A stretch of 61,503 bases of DNA, counting the filler, from Choristocarpus tenellus KU-1152 (Eukaryota > Protista > Phaeophyceae), in NCBI GenBank assembly GCA_964200185.2. It is 11 parts of 11 records of this genome, joined end to end, with 100 filler letters (N's around TTAATTAATTAA, not from the genome) between each part and the next. Parts side by side here need not be neighbours in the genome. Positions count along the whole stretch, not along the records: positions 22,069 to 25,559 come from CAXNAD020019666.1; positions 25,660 to 30,685 come from CAXNAD020012126.1; positions 30,786 to 34,471 come from CAXNAD020018528.1; positions 34,572 to 43,124 come from CAXNAD020004594.1; 7 more parts are not named here. The stretch is one strand, 5' to 3'. The stretch's first letter is position 1, and every line of letters begins with the position of its first letter. A program made the translations under genes and the position numbers. This document shows, one piece after another, positions 25,546-38,300 of the stretch. The notes under the pieces are model-generated. The model ran no database searches and was not told the DNA's origin. It saw only the letters and a list, made by a program, of their open reading frames with translations.

Positions 25546-25815
25546 AAAAAAATGAGAGGNNNNNNNNNNNNNNNNNNNNNNNNNNNNNNNNNNNNNNNNN
25601 NNNTTAATTAATTAANNNNNNNNNNNNNNNNNNNNNNNNNNNNNNNNNNNNNNNNNNNNTACATAAAACACCTTATCTCAATATCATCTCAACGAGAACC
25701 ATTTCTTCCCCCCCCCCCCCCCAATCAATGAACTACCAACTCCTTCAAAACTATACTATGCCATACTCTATAGTATACTATCTTACACAATACATTTATT
25801 TTCTTTTTTTCTCAC

Positions 25816-28800
25816 CGCAATCTTACGGGGTTCCCATTCCCCCTTGTACGCAGGGTTGTCAATGAGAGGTGCAACCCACTTCCCCTTGTAGTCTGGGTTA
25901 GCCTTGGTTGGGCGCTGCCACACCCCACATCCAGGTGCCTCATCACACTTGGGGTTGGCCACCTGTAACGACATTTATTTATTTTGATGATCATGTCAAC
26001 AACCAACAGGCCACACTGTCTCAACAGATAACCTACATGTGGTATACTGACGTATGTACATACGTCAATGAACCCCATGCATGCATGGAATATCAAGGCA
26101 CCATTCCCCCCAACCCCCCACTCTCCTGCATAGTGCCACAGAGCGCTCCGCAGTGCTACGAACCACAACACAGTAACCTTTCTTGCATGTGGATGATTAG
26201 TAGATAACATCAACTTGTGACTAAGGTAAACTCGACAGGTGGTACTTGCTTGGACAAAAATACTAGTGCACTGCACACAGTCAACATGTTTCAGAACAGT
26301 AATCTTCCTACTGTCCACCGCACCCTAGAGATCTACCTGACAGTACATCCCCCCCCTCCCCCCTCACCCTCCCCAAGCCCCCACAAAGAAAGAACTTGGA
26401 GGCTCCTTGATGCATGTATTAATGTATATATAAATTTATTGCCGTTATCATGACATTCTTTTGTATACAATTATACTCCTCAGCTCCAAAAAATAAAAGT
26501 ACTTCAAAGAAAAAAAATTCATAATGCCTTTCTTTATTTTAAAACGTGGAAACATCAAGATTGAGGGGGATACCTAGCATTACAGTTGAACATATTTGAG
26601 AGTGGGTGCATATCACTGGCTCATTGCTGCAAAAAGTTAATCAATTGGCAAAAATGAAAAAATGGTTATTTTTGTGAACCAGATATCACGTTAAAAGTTG
26701 TAAATAAAACATGTGCAATCCAGACCAAACTCCTAAGGTATACATGAAACGCACACATGTGGAGCACAAACAAAAAGGTATATGCCCTAAGACGATGCAC
26801 ACACATATAAAATAAATATAAATATTGAATGAGGCACGGAGCTGAACAAGGCAAAACTCCTTATAACTCTACCCAGAAAATTCTGCTCAACTTCAACTTG
26901 GGGAAGCAACCTGCCGTGGGACATGCATGCGCTACTAACCCTATCCCTAATCACCTGTAGCCGTGGTTAATTAACACTCTGTCCGAGAAAGACTTGAGGT
27001 GACCATTGAGCAATTTGGGTTGGACAAAGATGGGAGACAGTGTGTAGCAGTCCCAGACTTGAACTCAGTCTTTTTGTGCTACCAGTTCAGAATTGGTACC
27101 AGTCAGTAAACACACTCCCTACAAGAAACCATTGGGTGACCTATGCCTTCACCTCTTGGAATATCAAGAGGTGATCCCCCTAGTTTCAGCCTTGGAGCAT
27201 TGGGCATTTGCCACTAGGTGTTTGACTTACTCCTTTTACCTGTCTCAATGTCCTTGTCCTCATCTTTTGCAACAGCCCTGATGATACTCTTCAACAACAG
27301 CACCAACATCCCCTCCCCTCATGAATCCTACTTTATACCTTCACACAACAACATAAGAATACACACCTTCCAATTTCCACACACACACACACCCTCAACA
27401 CAAACAATTCTCAATACAATACCAAACACCAAAACTAAAAAACTAAAAATACTACAAATAGTTGAATAAAATACTACGACTACAATTAAAAATGTATCTG
27501 TCTTGATACTGTATTCAGCACCTGTACCAGCGATATGCAAGGAGAGTTTTTCTTCAAATTGATGCTTAACAGAGTAAAAACAACACAAATAATATAGTAA
27601 CCCGGTTAGTCTTCATCGTTTGTACCAACATCTGGCCTATATACAACGAGAACATGGACAGGGTAGAAAACACACCTAAAATACATAGATAGTAGCCCTC
27701 ACACAAAACACAGGCTTTCAACAACTTGAAAGGGCGTTACCAATCCCTAACCCTAACCCTTTCATGAGTACACAAAAAAAACAAATATTACAGACAATAC
27801 ACACCCACACACAGGCAGGACTAAAGGTACCAAACATATATACACCTACAACAGTCTACAAACAGACCCATCATAATATAACAAACATGTATTACCCCAA
27901 AAATATATACCAAAGCTTAGAAACACATACCTACACACTCTAAAAAACACAAAAAGCACACATGTACTGTCTTAAGCCCCTCTTACCAGCACAGGTTCCC
28001 ACTCTCCATCTTCCTCATCATCCCAGTCTTCAGGCTTCACACCCTCAGGGTCCGGTATCCTCAATGGCTCTTCCACCAACCACCCCTCAGGCATGATGGC
28101 ATCCTCATCCAAGATCCTGGCAGGAGCATCCTCATCCCAGTCCTCAGGCTTGGACGCTTCCGGGTCAGCAATTTTTGCCTGTGGTTCAATTTGGCCAGTT
28201 TTTGGTCGTTTCGATTGGTTCTGTTGTTCAAGTCTGAAACACCATTTCAAAAATAAAAATAAAAATTTCACTTCCTTCGGGAGCAAAAACAAAAGAAATT
28301 CTCAGAAAAAATATTTCAGGTTTCTATCTCCAAATCAATGCATCAAAAATGCCTCCACCCAGTTCGGAACAAGTGTGGACTGTGCCTGGGGGTCTCTGTA
28401 CATGCCTGTGCAGGAGGAGGAGGAGATGATATGGCTAGACATACTCAAAGTACATGTGCAAGTGAGGAGCCGTTTTCAAAATCATCAACAGGGAGTTCTA
28501 AACCAACAAAGGCGTTACAGGTCAAGACCCTACCAAAAAAACCACAAAAAACAAAATCATCGTCTGCGATAACCCTTCTTAAGAATGACAAATATTTCAC
28601 TCTCTTGGGAAGGCGTTTTCCTTCTACATTCACACAATACCCACGACCATACACAACCGCCTGCTCAACAAATCAGACCGCACCCATACCTCCGCTCAAT
28701 TATTGCTCAGAACTACGACTATTCTTGGTCATACCAACCATTCTTGTTCCCCAAAGTAACACCGCAGTCCCCCCCAAAAAAAACAATATTCCTAGTACAA

Positions 28801-30609
28801 AGAGCAAATGGCAGGGAAGAGCTCTAGATTCAAACAATAAATCTAGCTCACCTCATCCACCCAGTCCTCTGGCATGAAGTCTTCCGGGTCGTCTATCTCC
28901 GCAGGGGGATTCACCGGCGGCTGAAAGCTCTCCAGGAGTGAGCCGGTGGAGACGCTTTCGGTATCTATATAGATTTCGAAGGCGTTGTCCGACTTGATGT
29001 GAAGCGTATACACGTGGTTCTTCTTGTCATTTTTTATCTGAGTAAGGAAAATAAACAAAAAGGAATGGATTGGTTACAAAGACAGTTTCGTAACAGTTTC
29101 ACAACAGGCACAGCGAGAGACAGGCGGCTATTACTATATCCATCATTTAAGTACAAAAAAATGCAGAGGCTCACCAAGTGTTCTTTGCACCAAATACACC
29201 AATGGATACACCTACGATTTCCTAAACAAAATGAATAATATCGAAATGCGACCAACCCCACCCCCCCCCCCCCCCCCCCCCCACCACCAAACCAAAAAAA
29301 ACCCCACAAAAAAAAAAACAAAAAAAACAACAAAAAAAAAAAANNNNNNNNNCCCCTCCCCCCTCCAAAAAAAAAGAAGAAAAATTCCACGTAAGAAACA
29401 AAGCTAATGAATACATTAACAATGTACATTTCAGTGCTAATACTTCTAGTCTGTTAAAAAAAAAAGGTGATCACGTTCGAATCCTTGTTTGATCTCTATT
29501 TTCAAGGGGATAACGTTCTATTCTTCCCTCGGGCATCTCCAAGAACAAAGCTAAAATCAAAAATAGTCCAAAGGCAGCAACATTTTTGACCAATAACAAG
29601 ACCCGGATTCATCAACCCATGTAATTTTCATGCAGAGGATGGCAATAATTGCCCGTGGTATGGTTGGAAAGTGACAAATCAGCGCATCTCTTTACAAGTC
29701 CACATATGTCAACAGAAAGAGAGAAATTACCCTCTTACATTGGAAATAGCACTTGATCACTGCACACACAGAAATAAGTGCTATTCAATAAAATATCATA
29801 TTTGCAGCTCATTATTACCTTGCAAGTTCTGGCCTTGTAAACACACTAAATAAACCTATTTCTAGACTAGAATGAGGTACACCAGATTTAAACACACCTA
29901 AGGAAGAAAACAAAACAAAAAAACGCATAATAAAGAATTCTACATAAAAATAATATAACACAGCGCAACACTCCTCGCCAGTGTTAAAATATAGCCAATT
30001 AACCACTTCGACCCAAACATTGAAATACAACCTCAAGAGTAACCCCCCAAAACATTGAGATACAACCGTAACCACAACACAATAAAAATTAAAAATACAT
30101 TATCAAGCAGGGGCTGGACCGTAGCAAAAATCAAGAACGAAATCCTCTCAAGACGTGTGCAGGCCAGCACTGGCACTCTTCATCAAGTGCAACTTCCAAG
30201 AAAATCAGTCCGTAAGTAGTCAGAAAGAGCACTACCTTCAACAAACATCCCGACTACTGGGTAGTTAGTCTCCACAAAACACTCACAAAAAAAGGTTTCA
30301 TCCATACACGAGCAGCCCCTCAGTCAATGCATATATCACTCTTTAAATGTGTGTATGTGCACCCTAAGCTTAGAGGCACGTGGATAAATGAATCTAACCG
30401 TATTCAGATGGATGAGTGTGGGGATTTATTTAACTATTTTGTCCTAGATATTCCAAGCGCTCCCAACGCAACTGATCACATATTCTTGTCTATGTTTGGA
30501 AATCAGATACCATTTATGTATATACTCTACATGCCTTTGGTGGATTCTCAAGGTGCTTCTCCTCCCACCCTCCTGTGACCGGGTTCTTGTGCTGGAAAAT
30601 AAAGTGCAC
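25816..30609 (-). CDS. CANX: Calnexin, internal exons 30609-30535, 29037-28852, 28178-27987, 25962-25816
   Basis: All exons phase 0. Spliced: [25 protein letters not shown]|[14 protein letters not shown]...[23 protein letters not shown]|[19 protein letters not shown]...[17 protein letters not shown]|[18 protein letters not shown]...[26 protein letters not shown]-domain repeats plus the CxxAPGCG loop identify calnexin rather than calreticulin. Confidence 0.96.
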
Positions 30610-30611
30610 CT

Positions 30612-30645
<34 letters not shown>

Positions 30646-32699
30646 CCCCCCAACCACAACAAAAAAAACAACAAACCACAAAAAANNNNNNNNNNNNNNN
30701 NNNNNNNNNNNNNNNNNNNNNNNNNNNNNTTAATTAATTAANNNNNNNNNNNNNNNNNNNNNNNNNNNNNNNNNNNNNNNNNNNNCTTTTATTATCTTTA
30801 ATTATTACTACTCAAAATTGTTTGTTGGTGGTTTGGGGGGGGGGGGGGGGGGGTAAGTGAGGGTTAGTTAGGGTTAGAGCTGTTTGCACTATTTACACAC
30901 TATTTACAAACAATTCCTAGACATGCGCCTTGAGGACCCCCACAAGAAGTGATGAAACATGTGAAAGTAGTTGGTATGAACCACATGAGAATGCTATATT
31001 CCATCCAAGAATATTTAGTAGTTGTCACTAAATCCAACGTGGTGGATAGCTTTCAACTCTTCCCTTAAATATCCCATTCCCTTCTTTCTGATCATTTGAA
31101 GAGATTTTGAAACAAACCAGAGCATATCTTATGCTTTTGTCAAAATTGTTCTTTTGTGGGTAAGTGAATGGATTCGTGTTGTACATCAATGCACATCAAC
31201 AACACTACCCATGAAGCTATGTACCCAAGGACAGTAGTTTCATTTTTGGGGTTGGTATGATGGTGCATCTAGAAAATACATGCAGGAAGTGCAAACGGTG
31301 CTCCATCCCATCCAGGGTTAGGGTTAGGGTTATTGGAAGGGTATGGCTACCGTGAAAGAACCCAATGGCATTATGAAGCATTGAATATATGCTGTAAGCC
31401 ACATACTTGTATACTGACTGTATATTGACTGTATACCTCACAACATCATACCAATCTGATGATCCACCAATATTTGGTTGGCAGTAATCTCAGATTTGTT
31501 GTCAAATTTTCCATGCCACTGATTTTTTTCCCACTCATTTACTTCCCTGATTCCACCCCCCCAAAAAGTTTTGTGCACGATTTATTGAGGTATACTTGGT
31601 GTTGTAATGAAATATGATATTCCAGCATATGGTCTGTGTATCCATGTGTTTTGTGCATGAAGGATTATGCATGTCAGGCAGTACTTTGGTTGACAGGGTT
31701 AGAGTTAGAACTATGTCGTCACTAGTATTTTGTTCAGTGCAGTGATGGGGCTGTGTTTGCCAGATTTCGGTAGTCAAAAGGTATGCCTGTTCCTTGTCCT
31801 TGAGTAATCCAATGATGACCACCTCACACACTCATTCTACTTGTGGGAAATGTCCTTCAAATCGACTTGACATGACTCCTCACTTGATAGGTTGATTATG
31901 AACCCTTCATATCTATGGGGTTGTTCAGAATGGTGTCACCTTGCAGTTTTTTTGGGAGGGGGTTAAGATTGCCTTGAGGTGGTTTTGGTGGTAGGTCACA
32001 TGGATATGTTGTGAAGGTTTCAGTTTTTGTTTGGTTGGCACATTCATGCTGTATTTTAAGCATTTTGTCTTTTCTGTCACCCTGTGCAATAGGGTTAGGG
32101 TTAGTGTTACTGTGCAATAGGGATCACACAGTTTTCTTGTCAGGACTGTATTGAACATCAAATTTGGTCCTTTTTGTAGTGTTTACACACAGTGCTAACC
32201 CTAACCCTAAGTTCCATACAGTCTATGCTTTTACCTGCCATTGGCTTTCAGTATCCTAATACAGCTCCCTGCACACTAGAGCTCTGAATTCTGTTGTTTG
32301 GGCAAACTAGGCTTATCCTTACGTTGTTAACACAAGGAGATAGCAAGGGTTAGGGTTAGGGTTAGGGTTATTACAAGTAGATTTATGATATTTCACTACA
32401 CCACAACAAACTTGACAACCCACTGTCAAAGGCAGCATACAACACCTGCTGCTGAGCTTGTATGGAGGTTTGGGATTGTTTTGTAGCAATGTATGTTTGC
32501 ATGGACTCGACTTGGGGAAAAGTAGTTGCTCCTCTAAACCCAACATCAAACGGTGCTAATCACTCAACTTCTAACCCCAACCCCAACCCCAAGATTGCTG
32601 TACTACCTGCCACTTAGTTTTTGCTAGATTTTGTTGCTGTGTACCATGTTGTAAATCTGCTAGCTAGGTCAACTTTTCAATTACGAGGGTTAGGGTTAA

Positions 32700-34200
32700 A
32701 GCTATGATATGATATGATATGCTCGATAAAGGCACATTGTTTCCTCAACCAGCGAATGGCAGTTGATATCACCACTAGGTTAAACTTTGTTACTATCACA
32801 CAGTGGGTCCCCCATTCCAACATAACATGTTGTGTATGTTTGCATATTGGACCTTTTTGTTCCAATTCTGATTTGTATACATCCTCTGTTTCACTCTCAG
32901 TTGGCGAAGAGACAGCTGAGGAACCCTGGTACTCAGCAATTTTTGTGTACAGTCCTGCACAAGGCTGAGGTGAGCACTTCAGGGGGTGAAAGGGGTCGAA
33001 AATTTGCACCTACATGACATCAATGCCATTAGCCTCACCTTCAAATTGTTTTTATAGTATTTTTCATTTTATGTGGTAGTATGGTTTAGGGTTAGGATTT
33101 AGACAATGGGAGGTATCATTCCTTGAGTAGGTTTTGAAAATGAGCCACTCAACCCCCCCCTAACCGAACACCATAGTTTGTCTTTAGGGTTAGGGTGAGA
33201 TTAGTTGAGGAAACGGTTTTTGGAGGTTTCATAAACATTTCTTGCTGTCCGTGTGTTGTTTACATTGCTTCAAAGTATCCTGAAGTATCCCCCATGTCCT
33301 ATTCTTACTAGAACTATCCACTGCTTTGTATCCTTTCTTGCACTTGCATTTGCCAAGCCTGAAACTCTGAAAGCACTGGCAAGTTCAGCTGGTGTTCCTG
33401 TCGGGGATGGGTTGATAAATAGGGTAAGCAGCTACTTGAAAAATGCAAATGGCAAGACGCTGGAGAGCTGGGTAGACATGGGCGAAATAGCTAGCTGTGT
33501 GTACAGGAGGATGACCCAGCTAGCGGTCCTGTGGTCGCGTGGTGTTGCCATATTGGGGTTGTGGCTCGTGTGGGTATGGGTAAAGTCATGCTTTGCACCT
33601 GTTGCACTTGTCAATGCTGCCACATAACATTGCTGTGATGTTTGACATACTTTTGATGTTATTTTTTGACGATGTGTTAGGTAGTAATAATGAAGTGCGG
33701 CACCTTCATTGGTGATACAGAGGTCAACCGAATTGAAAGCATGACAAGTATGCCTTACCCTAACCCTAACCCTAACCCTTGGAGAGTGAGACCATACTGT
33801 TTGCTTGGGGGTTGTACCCCTGTGTTTATGTGAACCTATTCCTGGGCCAAGCTGCAACATGTCTGTGAGCATCATTTGGCAGAATCATTACTTACAAACA
33901 AAGTTTTTTCTATTTGCTACTCCACTTAACCACAACAGAGTATGGTGTATGGGACAGGAGATATGGGTTGCTTATGTGTGTGTGTGTGTGTAGATTGTGC
34001 TATGAGGTAGGGTAGACAGAGAGAGGAATCAATGGCTAAAGTATTGGTCCGGTGCAGGCAGGTATCGCCGGAAAACCCAATTGAACTGCATGTACTTGAC
34101 AGAAGAAAAACACAGGCCAGGGGTAGTATCACCACATAGCAGGTACAAGGAACTTCCCTCCATACCTCTATTTTTCCCTATCAAGTGCACTATGTATAAT
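32700..34200 (-). mobile_element. Possible degenerate Crypton (tyrosine-recombinase DNA transposon)
   Basis: Broken frames give, in the expected order, HAFNSVDL..., QQCYVAALTSATGAKHDF (cf. MxxxYxxxLPxxxMRxxAGF), LPYLSTHP...SEFQAWQMQV and TQHVMLEWGT...AIRWLRK (GCR1_C-like). Weak by-eye motif matches. Confidence 0.3.
33757..33779 (-). repeat. Interstitial telomeric repeat (CCCTAA)4; one of at least 10 tracts in contig 30786-34471
   Basis: Others near 30860, 31314, 31695, 32090, 32196, 32347, 32687, 33086 and 33184. Confidence 0.9.
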
Positions 34201-35380
34201 AATGCTGTGATGAAGATTTTGTTTATTTCCTTAGACAAGTGTGTATGGAATATTCTCAGTGGAAGTGAAGAGCAAGGTGCTTTGAGGTGTGCAGTGTGTA
34301 CTTTGAACTAAATACTAGCCTACTGTATATATATATTTATCACTGTCTAAGGAGACTGAAGATTTTTTATCATGCCAATCTATGTATTTTTCGTGAGGAA
34401 TACAAACACTATGGATAGGGTTAACATGTTTTTTATTTATTGCTTTGACCCAAAGTATCTGGGAGGGGGGGNNNNNNNNNNNNNNNNNNNNNNNNNNNNN
34501 NNNNNNNNNNNNNNNTTAATTAATTAANNNNNNNNNNNNNNNNNNNNNNNNNNNNNNNNNNNNNNNNNNNNGGTCTAGGTGGGGAAGGGGAGGGGGCCAG
34601 GGGGTGATTTTAAAATGGTACAGAATGATACTTACTTGTAAGGCAAATGGGTCCTCTGGAGTCAGTGTGACATGGAGGAAGGTGATAGAATAGTGTACCT
34701 CATTGGTTGCATCTAGTACCACAACTGAGCATTTTTCTGAAGTCTCTATCCAACGATTGGTCGGTGTATGGCAGGCACTAGGGAGTGTCAGTTTCTGTTG
34801 ATAAAATAGGCAGTCTTGAGGGAACAACCACGATTCAGAAACTACAGACCATGTGTTGTGGTGTGTTTGAAGGGTATAGTGTACAGTAGAAGTATCCTAA
34901 GTACCTCACTTTGAACTTGGATGTGTAGGACTCTATGGGATGTAATCAGAGAGTCGTTATGGTCTCATGCTATAGTATGTTTTGTGATAAGCATGTTTTG
35001 TAATAGGGTAGGTCAGGGTTGCTTGTGATGTGATGGGGCAACACACAAGTGAATCGTTCCTCTCCTAGAAACATATCAAGAGCATGTTGAGATTGGTTTA
35101 AAGTACTACTTAGTACATCATAACCACGTTTGACAATATACTTGGGGGCACTACATCAGAACTGTGTTCATCAAAGTACTAAAACCGAAGAGTCAAGGGG
35201 TATGGCAGGCTGATAATACCTCTTGTATTGTATGTTCTTTAAATAGTAGTGTACACTGTCAATACAAACACATATGTTTGACCCTGTTCTTTACATCCAC
35301 ATACAATGCACTCTCATGCTCACTACATTGTGCTGTCCAAATGCTTGTTTGTCTTCATTTTTTGGTGTCTTGCCACTAAG

Positions 35381-38300
35381 TTATGCCTTCCTCTACGCCA
35401 AGACAGTCACGCTGGGAGCAACACACTGGCCACAGACCAACAACGTCATGCTCCGCAACAGACGCATTGGCTGCAGGTTAAGACGCTCAAAGGGTTCACT
35501 GCATTTGCCTCAAACCCCAAAGAGGGAAAAGCAGAAAGGAAGAACAAAGAGTCTTCAATATATATGGAGTATGTAGGCCAATATTTTCCATGGGAGTTAT
35601 CGCAACCTTTTTTTTGCTAGTAGCATAGGGTTTTTTTAAAGGGAAAAAAATCGTTTTGTATGCATACTATTAGAAGAAAAAAGTGGAGATCCTTGTTAAC
35701 CATGATCGCATGGTCCCCAATATTGTCGCATGTTGACTGGTTTGACCCTTGTAACTGATGAGCTTCAGCCTGCCTGCCTGTGTTGCCTGACTACGTTGGA
35801 CCGCTAATATTGGAATGCAGGGATACCAATACCTTTAATGGTTATTGTAACATCATGTTGGAAGTTATGTCACTCGGGAACATGTTCTTGTGAGGAAACG
35901 TTTTATCCATGTATTGTTCACTGCTGTATCCTCCTGGCTTGTGATTGACTCATGACCTTGATCTTCTCGTGGATACGGCATCGCTCAGCCCATTTTGGTT
36001 TCCGCATACATGCAAAGGCATTTCTCGTGGCAAAGCCCACTGGTGTATGCCCCTGTCTGTCGCACAGGCAGCAAGAAAAGTGCTGGGTGTGCCTTCCTAG
36101 TATGTTAAATATGACTAAACGGTACCGACATTACAACATAGTGCAAAAAGTATGAGATTGTACCAAGAGTTCCTTCCCCTAGAGGACACAATTGCTCTAA
36201 TGATTAAATGTGTGCAACTATTATTTGTTGTGCTAGCCCTTGCATACCTTTTCTTGCTTTTAGTCAATGGCTGCTACGTTTGTTCTCCCTTCTGTGAGTG
36301 TGAACATGTACTGGGAAGGGCATTGGTGACTGGAAAGTAGGTGACTCCCCAACAAGACACGCCCCTCACAATTATATGAGTAGTTGTATGTTATCCGCTC
36401 AATGGCCGCTGTGTTCTTCGCCTCTTCAATTGCTAAATTTTCCCTTGTCTCTTGTGTGTGTGCTCTCTCTGAGGGATGTTGACGTTGATGATTCACACTT
36501 ACCCTCCTTTGGCTACATCTTTCCACTCTTGTAAGTTGGCTTTTTTCATGGTAAGAAAAAAAGAGGCAATGAAAATTGTTTGATTTTTTGTCCACCTGTT
36601 AGATTTCGTAACTGGCTGGAAGGAGCACAAGCTACCTTTATTGTGTATTAATAGATACACAGTACCTACACACTACTGTGTTCCATGTACTCACTTCACT
36701 TCACTTCACTTCACTGCAGTAAACACGTACTTGCTACTGGGGTGTTATGGAAAATTTCTGAGTGCAGAGACTCTTGGAGCCATCATTCTCACTTGCTCTA
36801 AGAATGACCAGATCAACTTAATGAAATTATCTATCCATTTTCCCTTCAGACTTGTTCCCTACCCCCTTTAGAATCATCCCTTCCTTACACTGGAAACCCG
36901 ATGTTGCCCTGGATACTGCTTGTGTGTGTGCTGTATGTATATATCTACGTTATTCCTGTTCTACCTGTGAGCCAGTATGAGCGGTCTGGCCCAGTTTGTT
37001 GCTGCTAGAGGACTGGGTACGCTTCAAGAGTGGTGTGAAGAGGGCTACCAAAGGGTGATGCAAACAGACAAGAAAATCTCGGGTGAGAATTGTATTATGT
37101 AGTGACTGACAAATGTGACCTTTGATGCCAATATTGCCAATGTTGAGGGCAAGAGAGGAAGGTAACCAGGTAAGTGAATCCTACTGACTTATTAGTAGGA
37201 AGTTATCGCCCCTTTCAACGGTTGAATCGATTCTTTGGTTGTACCATGGTGAAGCACTGTTTGCAATGTTGTGCTTATATTTGGTGCTTTGTACATTGTG
37301 TGAAGCAACCAAAAAGGTTCTTTGTTGAGGTCACGGTGCTGGCTGATTGGGCGTTACAATGGTTTTGATATTGCCGGTATGTTTGCTAATCGTGTGTTAA
37401 TATTTGTAAGAACATGCACAACTATTGGTACCAAGGTGTAACGTTCTCATCTCTGGTGCCACCATTGTCTATTGCTGCCCCCTGGTCTCCTGTTCAATCT
37501 TTTACAATGGCCTCGTGTCTTCCACTGAGTGTTGAATGAACCAGACGGCAAACAAATACGCCTTTCTTGTCTGGTTTGTCCCACACTCAGAGGAAAACCA
37601 TGAAGAAATTGTATCAGTCTCGATGATGAGAAACCAGGAAGGAGTGTGTGATGAGTGGTAAGAAGTGTTCGTGATCAACCATTCCAGTACAGGAGAGGGT
37701 TTGGTCTGATGATCTTTACAACCGTGGCACCTACGTTACCCTTATCTTATACTGTACTTTATTTATTTATTTATTTATGTAGTGTTTTTATTCGGTAAAA
37801 TATTTTTATTTCTGTGATTTCCCTAACCCTCTAAACTACAATTAGTGATTTAAAAAAAAAATGGTTTGCAGGGGGTGTTTGTGGGGGGCAAGGTAGAGCG
37901 GAAGCAATGAGTGTTTGACGTATGAACAGCAAGCACTTTTGAGTGATACCGTTTATGAGGGAAAACGTTTTAACCCTGTTGGTCCGTTTAGGTTTGAAAT
38001 ATTGTGGCAAAACACGATGTTTTGAAACCCTTTTTTTTTCATTTTGATCTGTACCGGATTCGGTGAAGGGTACAAGAATTGTCGATTTTGAAGTCCATTT
38101 TTCATTTTACTCCGTTCCGGATTAAATGATATCAAGATCACAACATTGAATAGCTACCCCAAACAGATGCCTGCCACTCCTTGTGAATTGGCATGACTGT
38201 TAGTTGTGCTTTGATGTCATACCGCTCATATCCTGGATGGTACTGTAGAGGTTTTGTAAGTTACTGTGTTTGTAGTACTGTGGGATTGTTATTGTAATCC

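Noticed and set aside
28093-28877. Plus-strand ORFs of 159 and 179 aa
   Set aside because: Antisense to a calnexin exon and intron, with no recognisable motifs.
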